This document shows positions 14,408 to 28,399 of a stretch of 64,000 nucleotides of DNA, one piece after another. The translations under genes and the position numbers were made by a program. The notes under the pieces were generated by a model. That model did no database searches, was not told the origin of the DNA, and saw nothing but the letters and a program-made list of their open reading frames with translations. Source of the DNA: Eledone cirrhosa (Eukaryota); assembly GCA_964016885.1 (NCBI GenBank), contig OZ024742.1:353586001-353650000 (forward strand), in the 5' to 3' direction. Each line of letters opens with the position of its first letter. The stretch's first letter is position 1.

Positions 14408-16606
14408 TTACCATTGCAAAATCGGCAAGTGGGGTGCTATAGCCCTAGTCTATCCCCCGGGTCATTATGGGGTTTGAGGGCGTGGTAAGTCCTACGCAAT
14501 CTATGTTTACATGCAGTAACCAGTTCATCTTTCTTGTTTAGGAGTTGGTCCGTCGAAAACAGCATTTGTAATGTTTCCTCCGAGCATCAATTGCACGGAC
14601 GGCGCCCTCCCGTGTAAGAGTTGGCTCTGGACAATAATCTCCAAGTGAGATCATAGGTGATGTTGTTGTCCTTGAGGTCCCATATGTGGCTCGAAAGTGT
14701 AGTGGCGTGACGCAGGGCCGGGTTTCAGAAGGTATGTCTATGTTGGTATAGCCGGGTCTTGAAGTCACATGCAGTTAGTCCTATATAAGCTTTGTTGGAG
14801 GTGTCCGTCCTCACGTTACACTGGTAGATCACATTAGGGTCTCTGCATCTATTGTCGAGTGGGAAAATGGATCTATCTGGACAGTTGCACCTCCTGGTCG
14901 GCTCTCCACTGCTATTTAGGTTATTTCTTCCATCGGGGTTGAGTTTTTTGTTGTTAGAGGAGACGATGTTTTGTGCGAAGTTTGGTGTAGTGCTGTAAGA
15001 GAGTTTGATGGTATTTTTGTTAATTATGTTGTGGTAGCGGTGTTGTAGTGGGAAGTGTTTTTCCATGAGCCTAAAGAATATTTTCCCGATGGGAGTTGTC
15101 ACCTCTGCGTTGTGGAGAGGATTGAACCATGTTATATTGCGTGAGCGGCGGTGTCTCCTGCTGGTTCCGCTAATGGGAGCTGGACAGTAGGATATTTCCT
15201 CCCGGAAACCACTCCGCTTGAGGGCCTAGTTGTAATAAGTCGCATGTTCATCGAATATCCGCTCATTAGCTGACAAACGGGATATGCGGAGGGAGATGTT
15301 TTTGACCAGGTTGTTGGTGATGTTCCTAGGATGGTTTGATCGGCGGTGGATGTAGTGCAGGTTGTCATTAGGTTTCCGGTATGGGTAGTACAGGTCGTTT
15401 TCGAGGTCGAGGGTCATGTCCAGGAAGTTTACTCGGGTCAGGGACGTTAGTAGGGTTATTTTAAATACCCAGTCGCGGAAGAAGCTGATTAATTTTTTCC
15501 GGACCCGATCTGTACTACTGGGGTTCTACCATTTAAGGGTAAGTAGCCCATCATAACGGTACAATCCACCACCGAATGCAGGAAACATATCGGTGAGTTT
15601 GACTATTGGGAATAATCCTATAAGATCTGTGGCATCCGCCGAATCCGTGGAGCCCATGCTGACGTCGAAGGGTGAGTCGGGAGCTCTTTTATCCATTTAG
15701 AGTTGTCAAAGAGTAAGACTGTCTTCCTGTCGTGGAGGATGATTTTTCTTTCCTGGTCGGTGATGGGCACAAGTTTTTCGGCGAGGTCCAAGGCAGCAGT
15801 AAGTAGTGGTAAGTTGATTGAAGCATAGTAGCTCTCTATGTCGAACTGTATGAATTTAGTGTCTCGTTTATCCTCCATATTGCTGAACCATGAGATTACT
15901 TCCTGGGTGTTGATCCATAGGCTAAGTCGAGCGTGTTGCTTGACTTTTGGTATCACGCGGTCTAGGATTGTTTTGCTGATTCTCCCTATGATGGACTTTG
16001 TTGGGTTAATAAGCCTGATAGAGGGTTTACGGTCAAAATCGGATTTATGGTCCTTCAGTGTGAAGTATGGTGTCCGTGGGTCTAGGGGTTGCGTGCGGTC
16101 GGCGACCCCAAGGTTGGAGGTAATTTGTTGTCCATCTCGATTCATGTCCTCGATGCATGAGTGGTTGGCCTTTTTATAGATGGAGTTTAGGCTGCTCCTG
16201 ATCAGTGTGTGGTATCTGTCAGGGTTGACAAAGTATAGGTTCCCAGTTTTATCCGAATGCACCATGATGTCATTGATGTTATCATACTCTGTTAGGTTGC
16301 TACGGAGTTTTTGTAGGAATCGGTTGTGTCTGGGTTTGAATTTAATGTTCTTGACCAGTTGGAAGAGGTCATTTTCGAAGGGTGAGAGCAAAGGGTTCGT
16401 GGGGGGGGGGGATATTTGTAAGTAATAAATCCGAATCTCTCCTTGGTGCCGAAGTCCTGGTTGTCGCAATATCTGTCCTAGAAAAACATTCTCCATCTAA
16501 GTCTTTTCGCAAATAGATCGATTTTTTGTGTGAGCATCCGAAGGTTAAGTTGTTTAGGTGGGATTGGGATGTTCTTGGTAGAGAAGTCGATGTTGTGTTT
16601 TCGCAT
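14408..16606 (-). pseudogene. Disrupted PLE RT / GIY-YIG ORF
   Basis: ORF pieces MRKHNIDFSTKNIPIP, SDKTGNLY, TLKDHK, RLINPTKS, FIQFDIESYY, SNHP, RCNC, VIYQC..AYIGLT..FKTRLYQH. Confidence 0.92.
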
Positions 16607-16780
16607 GGTGCGGGTGAAAGAAATTGAGCTTAGCGGAAAAGTCTGGATACAGCGTGGTAGGGTCGGAAGTGCTCTACTACGGGAGTAGGAGCTAGATAAC
16701 GAAGGACATGTGGTAAGGAACGAGGTGGAACATAACGCACCAAAGTACTCAATACTTAGGGTAGAAGAGTGGGTAATGAG

Positions 16781-17036
16781 GTCATACCCAGCTGTAGACG
16801 GCACTACCAACGCATGATTGGGTCTACTCCACCCCATCCCCACTGCCAGGTTTAGCCACCATCTCCCCTACTAATTTGCCATCACAGAATTACTACTAAC
16901 CTTTGACATTCACTTTGACCATATATGAAATTACCCCTTGAGAAGCTCGGCTATTTAAATACAAGGATACATTTTCATTTAGTCCAGAATTAGCCGTCGA
17001 AACGGCTTGAGCTCAGCCGTCGGGGTCTTACTGGTT

Positions 17037-17039
<3 letters not shown>
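16781..17039 (+). mobile_element. Inverted pLTR segment at the 5' end of the second family A copy
   Basis: Reverse complement of about 13219-13487; ends at GGTTCCT then (TA)n. Confidence 0.9.
16933..17026 (+). ncRNA. Type I HHR, U3-A8 core, apparently intact
   Basis: ACCCC-TTGAGAA-GCTCGGCTA...TAGCCGTC-GAAA-CGGC TTGAGCTCA GCC-GTC-GGGGT; all three stems pair. Confidence 0.88.
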
Positions 17040-17125
<86 letters not shown>

Positions 17126-17454
17126 TGTATATTCTCTATCGCACACAAAGACACACAATGAAAAGAGTGGATATTCAGAGAATGAGAGTGAAAAATATGT
17201 ACATTTAACTGATATTTGTAAGCTTTTATCAGATTTTTATAACACATCTAATGATAATACATTAAATTCCATTATTTCAGAAGGAAAAATAAAACAAAAA
17301 AAAAAAGTATGTCGAGTTATAAATGAATGACAGGTTTTAACGTTCAGGAATATAAGAAGAATTTATTATATTGAAATTCAAGAAACATCCATTTAAACTT
17401 CAGTTTTACATCGAATAGTAATCCGATTTGTTTGCAAGCAAACATCATTATTAC

Positions 17455-17640
17455 GGCGGATTGGCAGTATCGGTAGAGGGTCGGACGCCATGCTTTCCAG
17501 CATAGTTACGTCCCTTTATGATCTGCATCTAAATCCCTCCGATGTTAACTTTGCCTTTCATCCTTACGGGGTCGATAAAATAAAGTACCAGTAATGCACT
17601 GGGATAATTGCTGGCCGTGTGCCTAAAGTAGAAACAATTA
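17455..17640 (+). mobile_element. tRNA-derived SINE with TSD ATTATTAC
   Basis: Same family as 533-725; ATTATTAC at 17447-17454 and 17637-17644. Confidence 0.9.
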
Positions 17641-19639
17641 TTACGCTATGTTTTTTAGATGACCATTGGCATCATCTTATTCTAGCGGTGACATAGAGAA
17701 ACAATCGTCAATAATATTGTTTGTGGGTCCTTTGTCAACATTGTGTATATCTTTGATGTCCCACACGAGAAGATTTGCGAATATATAATAATCTCTAGAG
17801 TATAAATCGTCTGATTAGCTTAACACGCATGCCGACCGATTCAAATCCCATGAATGCATTTACTTATCCGCTATGCTAGAGTGAAAAACGAAAATCTAAT
17901 TTTACAAGAAACATAATTTTCTTAGTAATCTGTCCTTAAATCCAATCAAATACAACTTTAGTAGAGCAGATTGTATTTATGTGGTTTAATAGCCTATTTT
18001 ATGACTAAATCTTAACACAAAAAGAGTCAGGCTTTTGCAACAATTTATTTTTTAATCAGAGATTCTTGTTACTAGAATCTAGTATATAAAAAGTATTTGC
18101 ATGCAGGGGTACCATAGCGCATTTGCTTAGTAATCAATGAGTAAAACAAAATCATGTTAATTATATTGCAAATTCAATGGTAAGATTAGCTGCAGCCACG
18201 ATAATTTGTGAGATGGCAGTTCGATTTTGTGTTTATTTCATATATTTCATATAATTTGTGTTTATTTCATATATTTCATATATTTCATATAATGATATCA
18301 CTAGAGCATTAATATTCGTGATATATCTATTCAACTGTACACAGAAGATTATATTTTTAATTTCACTTATAAAATATTCTAATTTCAATTCATCGATATA
18401 CAAATAGTTGCAATACTGATGTAAACGATTATAATGTAAACACATATTTCCCTTCGTCTTCCCGAATAACAATTGTTTTATAATTCTGTTCGACCCAGAA
18501 TGTGGAGGAAAACATATATGTAGTACATGGCTTAGGGCATCGACCTTTTACGTTGATATCACCCCCAAACCCTCACTCCCCCCCACACACACACGCACAC
18601 ACTGATGACTTTGCTTTATGCCTTTTCAACATCTATAATACCAATAAAGTCCTGCAGTTTATTTAAACAATTTTCCACTTTGACCAGATTTTTGACATTA
18701 TACCTGAGATGAAAAATAATTGTAATGGATGCGTATTCACAATTTGAAAATATATCCTCAATTGTGTTTTTCAAATACATTTTGATCCGTCAAACATCAT
18801 GTAGAAGTAGAAGGTAGTCACTTGTTAATATACTTCAAATACTTATCCAATGTAGTTCAGAGTTTGGACGTTTCATCAGTTTTCCCTGAATAACTAATGG
18901 CTTTTTGTGGCTTCACCCAAGCTACCTGCATATGAAAACAACTCAATCTGATAAAGAGTGACTTACTTGGAAAGGAATATTTATTGGTAGCTTCCAGATA
19001 CACTTAACTGTGGTACATTAGATCCAAAGGCATGAACACAAACAGCGAAATATACAATAATTAATCATCACCATGGTGAATATGTGGGATCGGAGTATAT
19101 TTCAAGACACAATAAGGTTATTAAAATATTTTCCTAATTTATATTTCAATTTTATTATAGAAAGGGTTAGCTATAAACATTGTTTTTGTAATTTGCTCTT
19201 TGAAACGAACCAAATAAATACTTCGTATTGAACATATCAAATGCTTAATAGAATTGCAATTTTGTGATAGAAAAATGTTGTCATATTTTCATCTAGTCAA
19301 AGACAATATATTTTGCAATAGAAGCGTCTATTACACTTATATTTACTGTTTCCAATAACTTCAGATGCATCGCATTGGAGGGACAGTTTAGTCAGTCATA
19401 TCGTAACATGTAGTTCAGTAACTATTACGTTCATATATGTTACTTATTTTATCGTTCACACTTTTTCAAAATGTTAATTTATACAATATATGTATATAGA
19501 AAACTTAGAAAAAAGACGTAAACACACTAATATATGTATATATATACAACGTGGCTTATTAGCCTAGCCAATGGTCTGAAATGTCTCGCATAGAGTTGGC
19601 AACAATGATAAAAACATTCACTGGCTATGGTTGATTGTG

Positions 19640-20300
19640 ATGTATTTTGCATGTCGTTTAAGCCCTTCTGCTGATCTACACACTTTTTCCACACGCATGA
19701 CAGGTATAATTAGTAACATCTCCAACGGCAGCCTGGTAGTCAACCACTGGTCTCACTTTATGACTGCGAACATGACTTTCGAGTCCAGATTTGCTGAGGC
19801 AGTGTCTTGCACGGATGCTCGATGTCGGCACCATAGCAGGAGGAACTTCGCTCTCTGGAAATGCAACAGACACTCATTTCCTGAAATCCCTTTTTACTTT
19901 CTCGTATGCGATTCGAGATGCTTCAAAAGCAACTTTCCCCTCATGTTGGGTCTTTCCCCATTTATTACCATAAACAGCTACGCGTTCACATGCATCACTA
20001 GAGATATTAGCGTCTTTGAAGGAGGCTTTCAACGAATCCCTATAGTTCTTATTTGATTTAGGTTGAGGTCCACTGCCTTAAACCCAATAACAGATTTGTT
20101 TTGGTATCCTAGAAACTTCCATCACGGCATGGTGACAACTCCATCGGAATCTTTGCACAAGAGCTTCTAATGATTTCACACAAAGATCTTTCTAAAGTCT
20201 CGACATCACTAATATGGTTCCTAGTGAACACCATAGCTTCGTCTGATGGGAGCGTTCGAAATGTTTCATATGGTGTCGATCTGTGACCCGGGTTTCGCAA
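19640..20300 (-). mobile_element. RTE-type LINE 3' fragment, degenerate
   Basis: C-terminal C2H2-like remnants (RHCLSKSGLESHVRSH; YTCHACGKS) preceded by a GKVAFEASR segment. Confidence 0.6.
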
Positions 20301-20343
20301 GCATAAATACATACATACATACACATATATACACATATATATG

Positions 20344-21380
<1,037 letters not shown>

Positions 21381-21479
21381 GCATGTGTGTGTGTGTGTAT
21401 AACAATACATATACCTACGTACACACGCACATACGCATATATATATATATACACACACATACACACCCACCCACACACG

Positions 21480-21541
<62 letters not shown>

Positions 21542-21585
21542 CATACGTGAATCTACGTGTTCCATTCGTCCGTGTTACCCTTTAC

Positions 21586-21815
21586 GATAAAATACATGGA
21601 TTGATGTATGACATACCTCAACGGTCTTGATGGTCCAATTCTAGTATTGGAAATCTGGAATTGAACCATCAAGACCGTTGAGATATTTCATACATCAATT
21701 CATGTATTTTATCTGACGAGGACGTACTGAATAAACAGCACAGTACCTTCGAAATATAGTTAATAAAACATATATTTTGATTACGTGAATGTCTTCATTT
21801 ATTAATATTCTGAAT
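21586..21815 (+). mobile_element. Short pLTR-like module with 5' fold-back and HHR at 21707-21768
   Basis: Inverted arms 21586-21644 and 21655-21713; TTTAT-CTGACGA-GGACGTACTG...CAGTACCTTC-GAAA-TATAGT-TA-ATAAA. Confidence 0.75.
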
Positions 21816-22693
21816 AATATTGATAACTCCAGAAAACTTCATTGTAGAGTGCTTTAAATCTATTGTTAAACTATATTCATTGAGTAATCAATGAACCCTA
21901 TTAATATTTGCTCATATATATATATATAAAATAATTAAGTCCAATATGTAAAATTTGGCTTTGTTTATTATAACTTCTAGATACACTGCTATATATATTT
22001 CGGTGGCAGCCGGCATTGGCTGTGAGTTCTCCAGGCAGTCCGAATTGGTGTGGGAAGGACGGGTACACATACTGTTGAAGTGTGTTTTACTCCGTCAATA
22101 CATCGATATGTCCAGCTCCTTGTTGTGTTGTCATTTCTCTGAGGAACTGGAATGATAACAATTATAACAAACACATTCCGGCGTGATAGGACACGCTCGC
22201 ATCCCATTGGTCAGTTGTGAGAACATTCCTCAGTCAAAAGTCTACTGAAATGTTTCTGAGGCAAGACAATCTGTTGCAGTTATTTTTCTTTAACTACACC
22301 TGACCTCCTCCATTGTGTTGGTAGTGGTAGTGGCAGGTCAGCTTTAGTGTGCTGCTGCTATGTTCAGAACATTTCACGTGGTTTGGGTGCCACACAAATA
22401 AAAATAAAAAAATACGTGTGTTTCAACCAATATCAACATTTGAAAGATTTGAAAAATATTAACTAAAGTACAAAAACCTGTGTGTCAGAACCGAGAAGTG
22501 TAAATCATTACCCTTCTTACTCTATCTGCGAGTGGTGCTTTTTAAAAGCAAATGAAATAAAAGTGGAGTGTAAAACACCAAAAACTGTGTCAATTTCCGG
22601 AAATGAAAAGGACTACACTTACTACTTCGGCATAACGTACATATGCGTGTATGTCAACGCACATCTTTGAAAGCACACAGGCTCAGGTGCATT

Positions 22694-22814
<121 letters not shown>

Positions 22815-22977
22815 TAGATATATAGATATATATGAAACAAAAAAAGAGCGTTGGCATAATCAATTAGAATCCTAAGTTCTTTCTTCTATTTTAAGCCGAT
22901 TATCTAGATAGTCCGTTCTTAACTTAGGTTATTCTTCTTTTACTTTAGCACTCATTTATCTCTTCACCTTTATCTCT

Positions 22978-23118
22978 ACCGTTGAGGTATGTCATACATC
23001 AATCCACGTATTTTAACTGACGAGGACGTACTGGAAAAACAGCACACTACCTTCGAAATATATATAATAAAACATATACTTTGATTACGTGAATGTCTTC
23101 ATTTATTAATATTCTGAA

Positions 23119-23122
<4 letters not shown>
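22978..23122 (+). mobile_element. Second copy of the 21.7-kb module with HHR at 23011-23072
   Basis: Aligns with 21675-21815; CTGACGA-GGA...TTC-GAAA-TATATA-TA-ATAAA; ends in (TA)n. Confidence 0.75.
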
Positions 23123-23169
<47 letters not shown>

Positions 23170-23211
23170 CCAAAGATCTGAAGGCATGGTATACATTTCC
23201 AATCATTTTAA

Positions 23212-23285
23212 TCACGACACATGTTTCAATAAGGGAAACGTCGATCGTGTGGCCATGATCAATTATCACTGATCTCGTCAGGTGA
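23212..23285 (-). ncRNA. Type I HHR in the inverted pLTR of family C
   Basis: Reverse complement of the 26334-26407 motif with the same core. Confidence 0.8.
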
Positions 23286-23478
23286 AAATGAATTGTCTTC
23301 AAATCCTTGATATGAGGGAGAAAATTTAACGATGAAGATTAAGCAGCCAAAACACGCCGACTGCTATCGTCTTCAGTTAGGGTAATACAAGTATCAAGTC
23401 TCTATCTCACAATAGCTGTAAAAGACGCTGGATGGGTCTTATCTCAACATCAAATCTGTAGAATTACATAATAATTTT

Positions 23479-25149
23479 ATGGTAGAGAGGGTGAGGAAGA
23501 AACTAAGCAAATTCTTCATAAACACAGGCTTAAGTATATTGTTTGGGGAATACTTGAAGGTAATTAATTTTCTAGATGTTATACTTAACCTCAATTCAGG
23601 ACGCTTCCAACCCTACCACAAACACAACGAGAACTTAAATTATGTCAACGCAAAATCGAACCACCCTAGAATAGTCACTAACGGCACTAGTAAAAGCGTC
23701 TCTAGTAGAATTTCAGGACTATTTTCCTATGAAGATACATTTGATAGGATCTCGAATTACTATAATGGCGCCCTGGAACGCGCGGGGCATAGCGAGGGAA
23801 TCTCATTCAAACGTCCATTAAATAGTAGTAGCAACATTGCCTGCGATAGCTTAGGCCTAAATAGTGACACTTTAGTTAACAGCAGGCTGGATGCCAGGGA
23901 GGATCAATATAGACTTCATGTTGTATTGCCTCCTTGTCCCAATGTCGACGGTACCAATGGAAACAATCACCCAGTACAAACACGGGACCGAGCACCGTAC
24001 TGCCAGCGGAAACTCAAATTGTAACCTTAATTGTAGAACAGATAAAACAACCGTTGAACGTAAAATGGAACGGAGGTCGGGTAGAGGGAATAGGGATAAA
24101 TGTAGTAGGCGCATAATGGATATAACCCCAGCTATCGAGGGTAATCCCAATAACTGCACGGGGGGTACACCGTCCCGGAGACTTGGGACGATTCAGAACA
24201 CCATGTGGACACCCCTGGACACCCCTGGACACCGTCGACCCACAGGCAGTTCTCAGTTCTAATAGACCAATAGCAACCAGGGAGACAGGTAACACTAGTA
24301 TATATAATAAGAAAAAGAGGCATCGGACCAGAAAAAAATCGTGTGGTACAACCCCCCTTACTCAACCGGCCTGACAACTAGTATAGCTAAGCTTTACTTT
24401 AGGGTCTTAGACAAATGCTTCCCTAGATCACACAGATACTATAAAATATTCAATAGGAATGCCATCAAGCTGTCCTACTCCACAACCAGTAACATAGCTC
24501 AGAATATAGCTAAGATGAATTATAGTAGACTTAGGACAACCCAAGGCGGGATGAGACATGACAGAACTAATGGCAGCTCTATGGATGAACGGACTCATAT
24601 GCGTGAGGCGAGCCGGGTCACCCCAACACCTAGGAACATACCCGTAGAGCAGACCAGAACTGAGACCCGACACCAGATGTACCGTGGTTCCTCAGGAACT
24701 ACCCAGGTCGAAAACAGAAAATGTAATTGCGGGAACACCGCCAGTTGCAACATGGCTGGGAAATGCCTCACCAAAATCATAGTCCACGATTGTAAGGTCT
24801 CTACTTTAGATAGAATCTTCAGCTATGTTGGGGCAACTGTCACTGAATTTAAGGATAGATGATATTATCACCGCCATACTTTTAATAGATTATATATAAA
24901 AAACATAGCGCGGCGCTTTTTGAATTAGTCTGGAAGCTTAAACAACAGAATATAGAGCACTCCTTATCATGGTCCATAATTTGCTCAGCCCAGCCATATA
25001 ACGGCAGCACGGGCGTTTGTAATTTATGTATAGATGAAACCTTTAATATTATTAGAAGCGGCCCCCTATTAATCGATAAGAGAGCGGGTTTTTTCAGCAA
25101 CTGCCAACTTAGAACCTCGAAAACCTTTCGCAGGATTTTTGGAAAGTAA
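23479..25149 (+). pseudogene. PLE RT thumb, linker and GIY-YIG remnant
   Basis: INFLDVILNL, SNHP, WYNPPYS, IKLSYS, KCNC..C..C, YVGAT..FKDR, VWKLK, CNLCIDE; frameshifts and one TGA. Confidence 0.88.
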
Positions 25150-26333
25150 CCTACCACTAACTCCTCCCTTTTTACCTTAGCCATAGAATTCTCTCAATTA
25201 GCAAAAAACAGACAATCACACACTCAGGTAGTAGATAGCTAAGATTGTTGCGCACTTACAAACGGTTCTCGGTTTGTTTCCACAGAGTTCTCACAGCTGA
25301 GTGCACATTTACCACTACTTTAGAATACATAGTTAGTACATAGTTAGAATGATTACACACTCAGTTAAGACCGATTACGCTCTTTATACATAATTCTACA
25401 CACAGTAGCCGGTTTCTTTAGACATGGAGTTCCGACAGTTATGACTGGTCACGATCCTATCAATTGAATACTACACTAGGTTTTGATCCTTGATCAACTA
25501 ACCATGAAGTGCTCACGGTTACTGATTGGACTATACCACTTACACACCATTAATGGGCTGATACACATCCCCGGGGTTTTGCTATTCTTTCTTTTTAATT
25601 TAATTTAATTTTATTTTATTTTTATTTTTGTGTTGGGTAACACACCTCCACTCTCAACACCTATCTTAAAAGCCCAAGTGCTCATAAGATGGTAAAACGC
25701 ACATACTGATACCTTAACTCAAATACCCAACCCTACACAGAGCCCGTTGGTGGCCTACATGCCGGTTGCTTGCACGTACTGATTTGGGGACTCAGATTCT
25801 CAATGGGACAACGGCACATACAGAGTTCGATATGAGCTAACGACTTGCTGTTCACATGGATGTGTATATACCAAAACATACACTTTTTTGACGATACGGA
25901 TGTTAGAATTCAATCGATATACGTATAGTAGAACATTGAACCGAATTTAATTGCGTGTGCATAGGGTTGCGGTTGACCCAATATTTCCAATTTACATCGT
26001 CAAATTGAGATTTGACCAACATAACATTTGTTGTGTTGTAGCCTAATTTTCGGTGAATACTATGTTGGTATATATTGTTTTTTCTTTGATCTCGCGTCGG
26101 TGTGTGAGATTGTGTGTGTACTCACTCACACTAACTGTGAACGACTGTAATTCTACAGATTTGATTAGACCCGTCCAGCGTCCTTTACAGCTATTGAGAG
26201 ATAGAGACTTGATACTTTTATTACCCTAACTGAAGACGATAGCAGTCGGCGTGTTTTGGCTGCTTAATCTTCATATGAGGGACAAATCGTTAAATTTTCT
26301 CCTTCATATCAAGGATTTGAAGACAATTCATTT

Positions 26334-26407
26334 TCACCTGACGAGCTCAGTGATAATCGATCATGGCGACATGGTCGATCTATCTCTTATTGAAACATGT
26401 GTCGTGA
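26334..26407 (+). ncRNA. Type I HHR with canonical core
   Basis: TCAC-CTGACGA-long stem II-GAAA-CATGT-GTC-GTGA; palindromic ACATGT. Confidence 0.82.
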
Positions 26408-26593
26408 TTAAAATGATTGGAAATTTATACCATGCCTGCGGATCTTTATTTTGATACAAAGACTCCGTCTTACACCATCTAGCTGTTCCCATAAATGGAA
26501 TTGGAGATATACAAAAGCGTGGAGAATTTAATATTGCTAACAAAAGTTTATTGGACCGTATGACACAACCGATAATACACCTTACTATATAAC

Positions 26594-26633
<40 letters not shown>

Positions 26634-26928
26634 ATGACATTAATACATTGAAACTGTATTCATAAAACCATATTTGTTTTATTATATATATTTCAAGGGT
26701 ACGTCATAATTATGAGATGATTATATTTCCAAATACCTTTATTGGTTATAAATGAACCGCGTGACAGTAAGTATGTCCCTGACATCATATTCTCTGATCC
26801 GGTTTATAAGTTATAATTAATATCGTTTTATTGTTTCGTGTATGTCCTTCATAATGGTCTCCAAATTATTTCCCTACCGTACATGGTTGTTAACATTTTA
26901 TCCGAAACTGATGTTAGTCTATATTATA

Positions 26929-27119
26929 TAATTGCTTCTACTTTTGGCACAGAGCCAGCAATTATGTCAGTGTATTACTGGTACTTTATTTTATCGAGCC
27001 CCTAAGGATGAAAGACAAAGTTAACCTCGGCGGGATTTGAACTCAGACCATAAAGGGCCGTAACTCATTGCTGCAAAGCATGGCATCCGACCCTCTAACA
27101 ATACTGCCAATCCACCACC
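26929..27119 (-). mobile_element. tRNA-derived SINE, full length
   Basis: Same family; AGTCTATATTATATA repeated at 26916-26930 and 27132-27146. Confidence 0.9.
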
Positions 27120-27446
27120 GTATATTATATAAGTCTATATTATATACTAGAAGCATATGCTGAATGAAGCACTAAAAGTATATATCACTAAAATAAAAAC
27201 TTATTTATCTAAATTTAATATAAATAATTCAAACAAAATCTAGTGATGCAACACGCTCGACATATCACCAATTAGCTGATCACTGTGTTAATGAGCTAAA
27301 CTCTCATTCGGGTCTATAATTTGAGTGTCACTCCTCTTCACTTTCTGTGTGCTTCATTTATCAGAGAAAAGGATTGTAAGTAATTCTCTTCTTAAACAAC
27401 ATGGATTTGTTTAAAAATCCTAGTGCTATTTATTCACCATTGTATA

Positions 27447-27615
27447 CGATAGAGGGTCGGGCGCCATGTTTTGCAGCACAGTTACCTCCCCTTAGGGACT
27501 GAGTTCAAATCCCGCCGAGCTTAACTTTGCCTTTCATCCTTACGGGTCGATAAAATAAAGTACCAGTAACACACTGGATTAACTGATGGCCTTGTGCCAA
27601 AAGTAGAAACAATTG
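27447..27615 (+). mobile_element. tRNA-derived SINE, slightly 5'-truncated
   Basis: Same family; TSD ATTGTATA at 27439-27446 and 27612-27619. Confidence 0.9.
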
Positions 27616-28070
27616 TATAAATTACATTACAACTATTGAAGGAAGTTTAAAAGAAAAAAGTTAAAATCAAAACCAACCAACGAACAGAAGATGAAGGATT
27701 ACAGAAGGGCATATTATTGCTGTATAGGAATGTATGTGAAAGAGTTATAAATGGCATAAATTTGAGGAAAAAGAGAGAAAATGCAAGGACTATTAGGCTA
27801 CAGAAGCAAGTGAGGGGAAACGATTTAAAGTTTTTAGGTTCTATGCTTAGGGCATGGTGATGTCTTGGCTACACCCCGCAGAAAATAAATACTAAGGCAT
27901 ATCCGTGACAATGCAGCGACATACACTGCAACAGCCATTCCACCGCCTGAGGCTCCTTCCTAACATAGTCTGCTGACCTTGTTAAACAAATCTAGTTATA
28001 GAGCATCGGGCGGATTCTGCTAACTTTTTTGTAATCATGTTACGATATTTTTTTATTATTATGATGAAAA

Positions 28071-28262
28071 CGGCAGTGGATTGGCTGTAGCGGTAGAGGG
28101 TCAGACGCCATGCTTTGCAGCAAAGAGTTACGGCCCTTTATGGTCTGAGTTCAAATCCCGCCGAGGCTAACTTTGCCTTTCATCCCTACGGGGTCGATAA
28201 AATAAAGTACCAGTAATACACTGAGTTTATTTGCTGTTGTTGTTCCAAAAGTAGAAACAATT
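28071..28262 (+). mobile_element. tRNA-derived SINE, full length
   Basis: Same family; 16-bp TSD ATTATTAT(G/A)ATGAAAA at 28055-28070 and 28260-28275. Confidence 0.92.
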
Positions 28263-28399
28263 ATTATAATGAAAATGATGTGTAGGGATTTCTGGATCAA
28301 CATTTTTGTCTGGCAGTTGATCTCCAAATATATGTTGGAATGGATAGACAAAATAGCTTCTCATCCACATCCTGAATATCTTATTTACTGGCTCCTCGC

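Larger units (their letters stand above)
13139..16777 (-). mobile_element. PLE family A, second subfamily copy, near full length
   Basis: Same protein motifs as 9307-11507 on the minus strand; more divergent 3' UTR; same 3' terminus TTCCTTCGTT before (TA)n. Confidence 0.93.
23170..26596 (+). mobile_element. PLE family C (Naiad-type), 5'-truncated, with inverted pLTR
   Basis: 23172-23468 is the reverse complement of 26146-26447; an ORF remnant lies between; (TA)n at both ends. Confidence 0.9.

Noticed and set aside
14580-14730. In-frame TGA codons as selenocysteine, which is reported for some Naiad PLEs
   Set aside because: The TGAs align with CGA (Arg) and TTA (Leu) in the sister copy, conserved Cys codons are TGT/TGC, and I see no SECIS.
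18860-19075. Possible minus-strand exon pair with GTAAGT donor and TGCAG acceptor
   Set aside because: The intron would be only about 41 nt, stops occur in all frames, and no protein is recognisable.
21955-22400. GC-richer island as an exon or transposase
   Set aside because: Only short ORFs, no motif recognised.
24860-24862. TGA after FKDR in family C as selenocysteine
   Set aside because: The position is Leu in family A, not Cys, and the copy has other disruptions.
26225-26262. Second HHR (CTGAAGA plus short hairpin) in the family C pLTR
   Set aside because: No GAAA or stem III in either copy.
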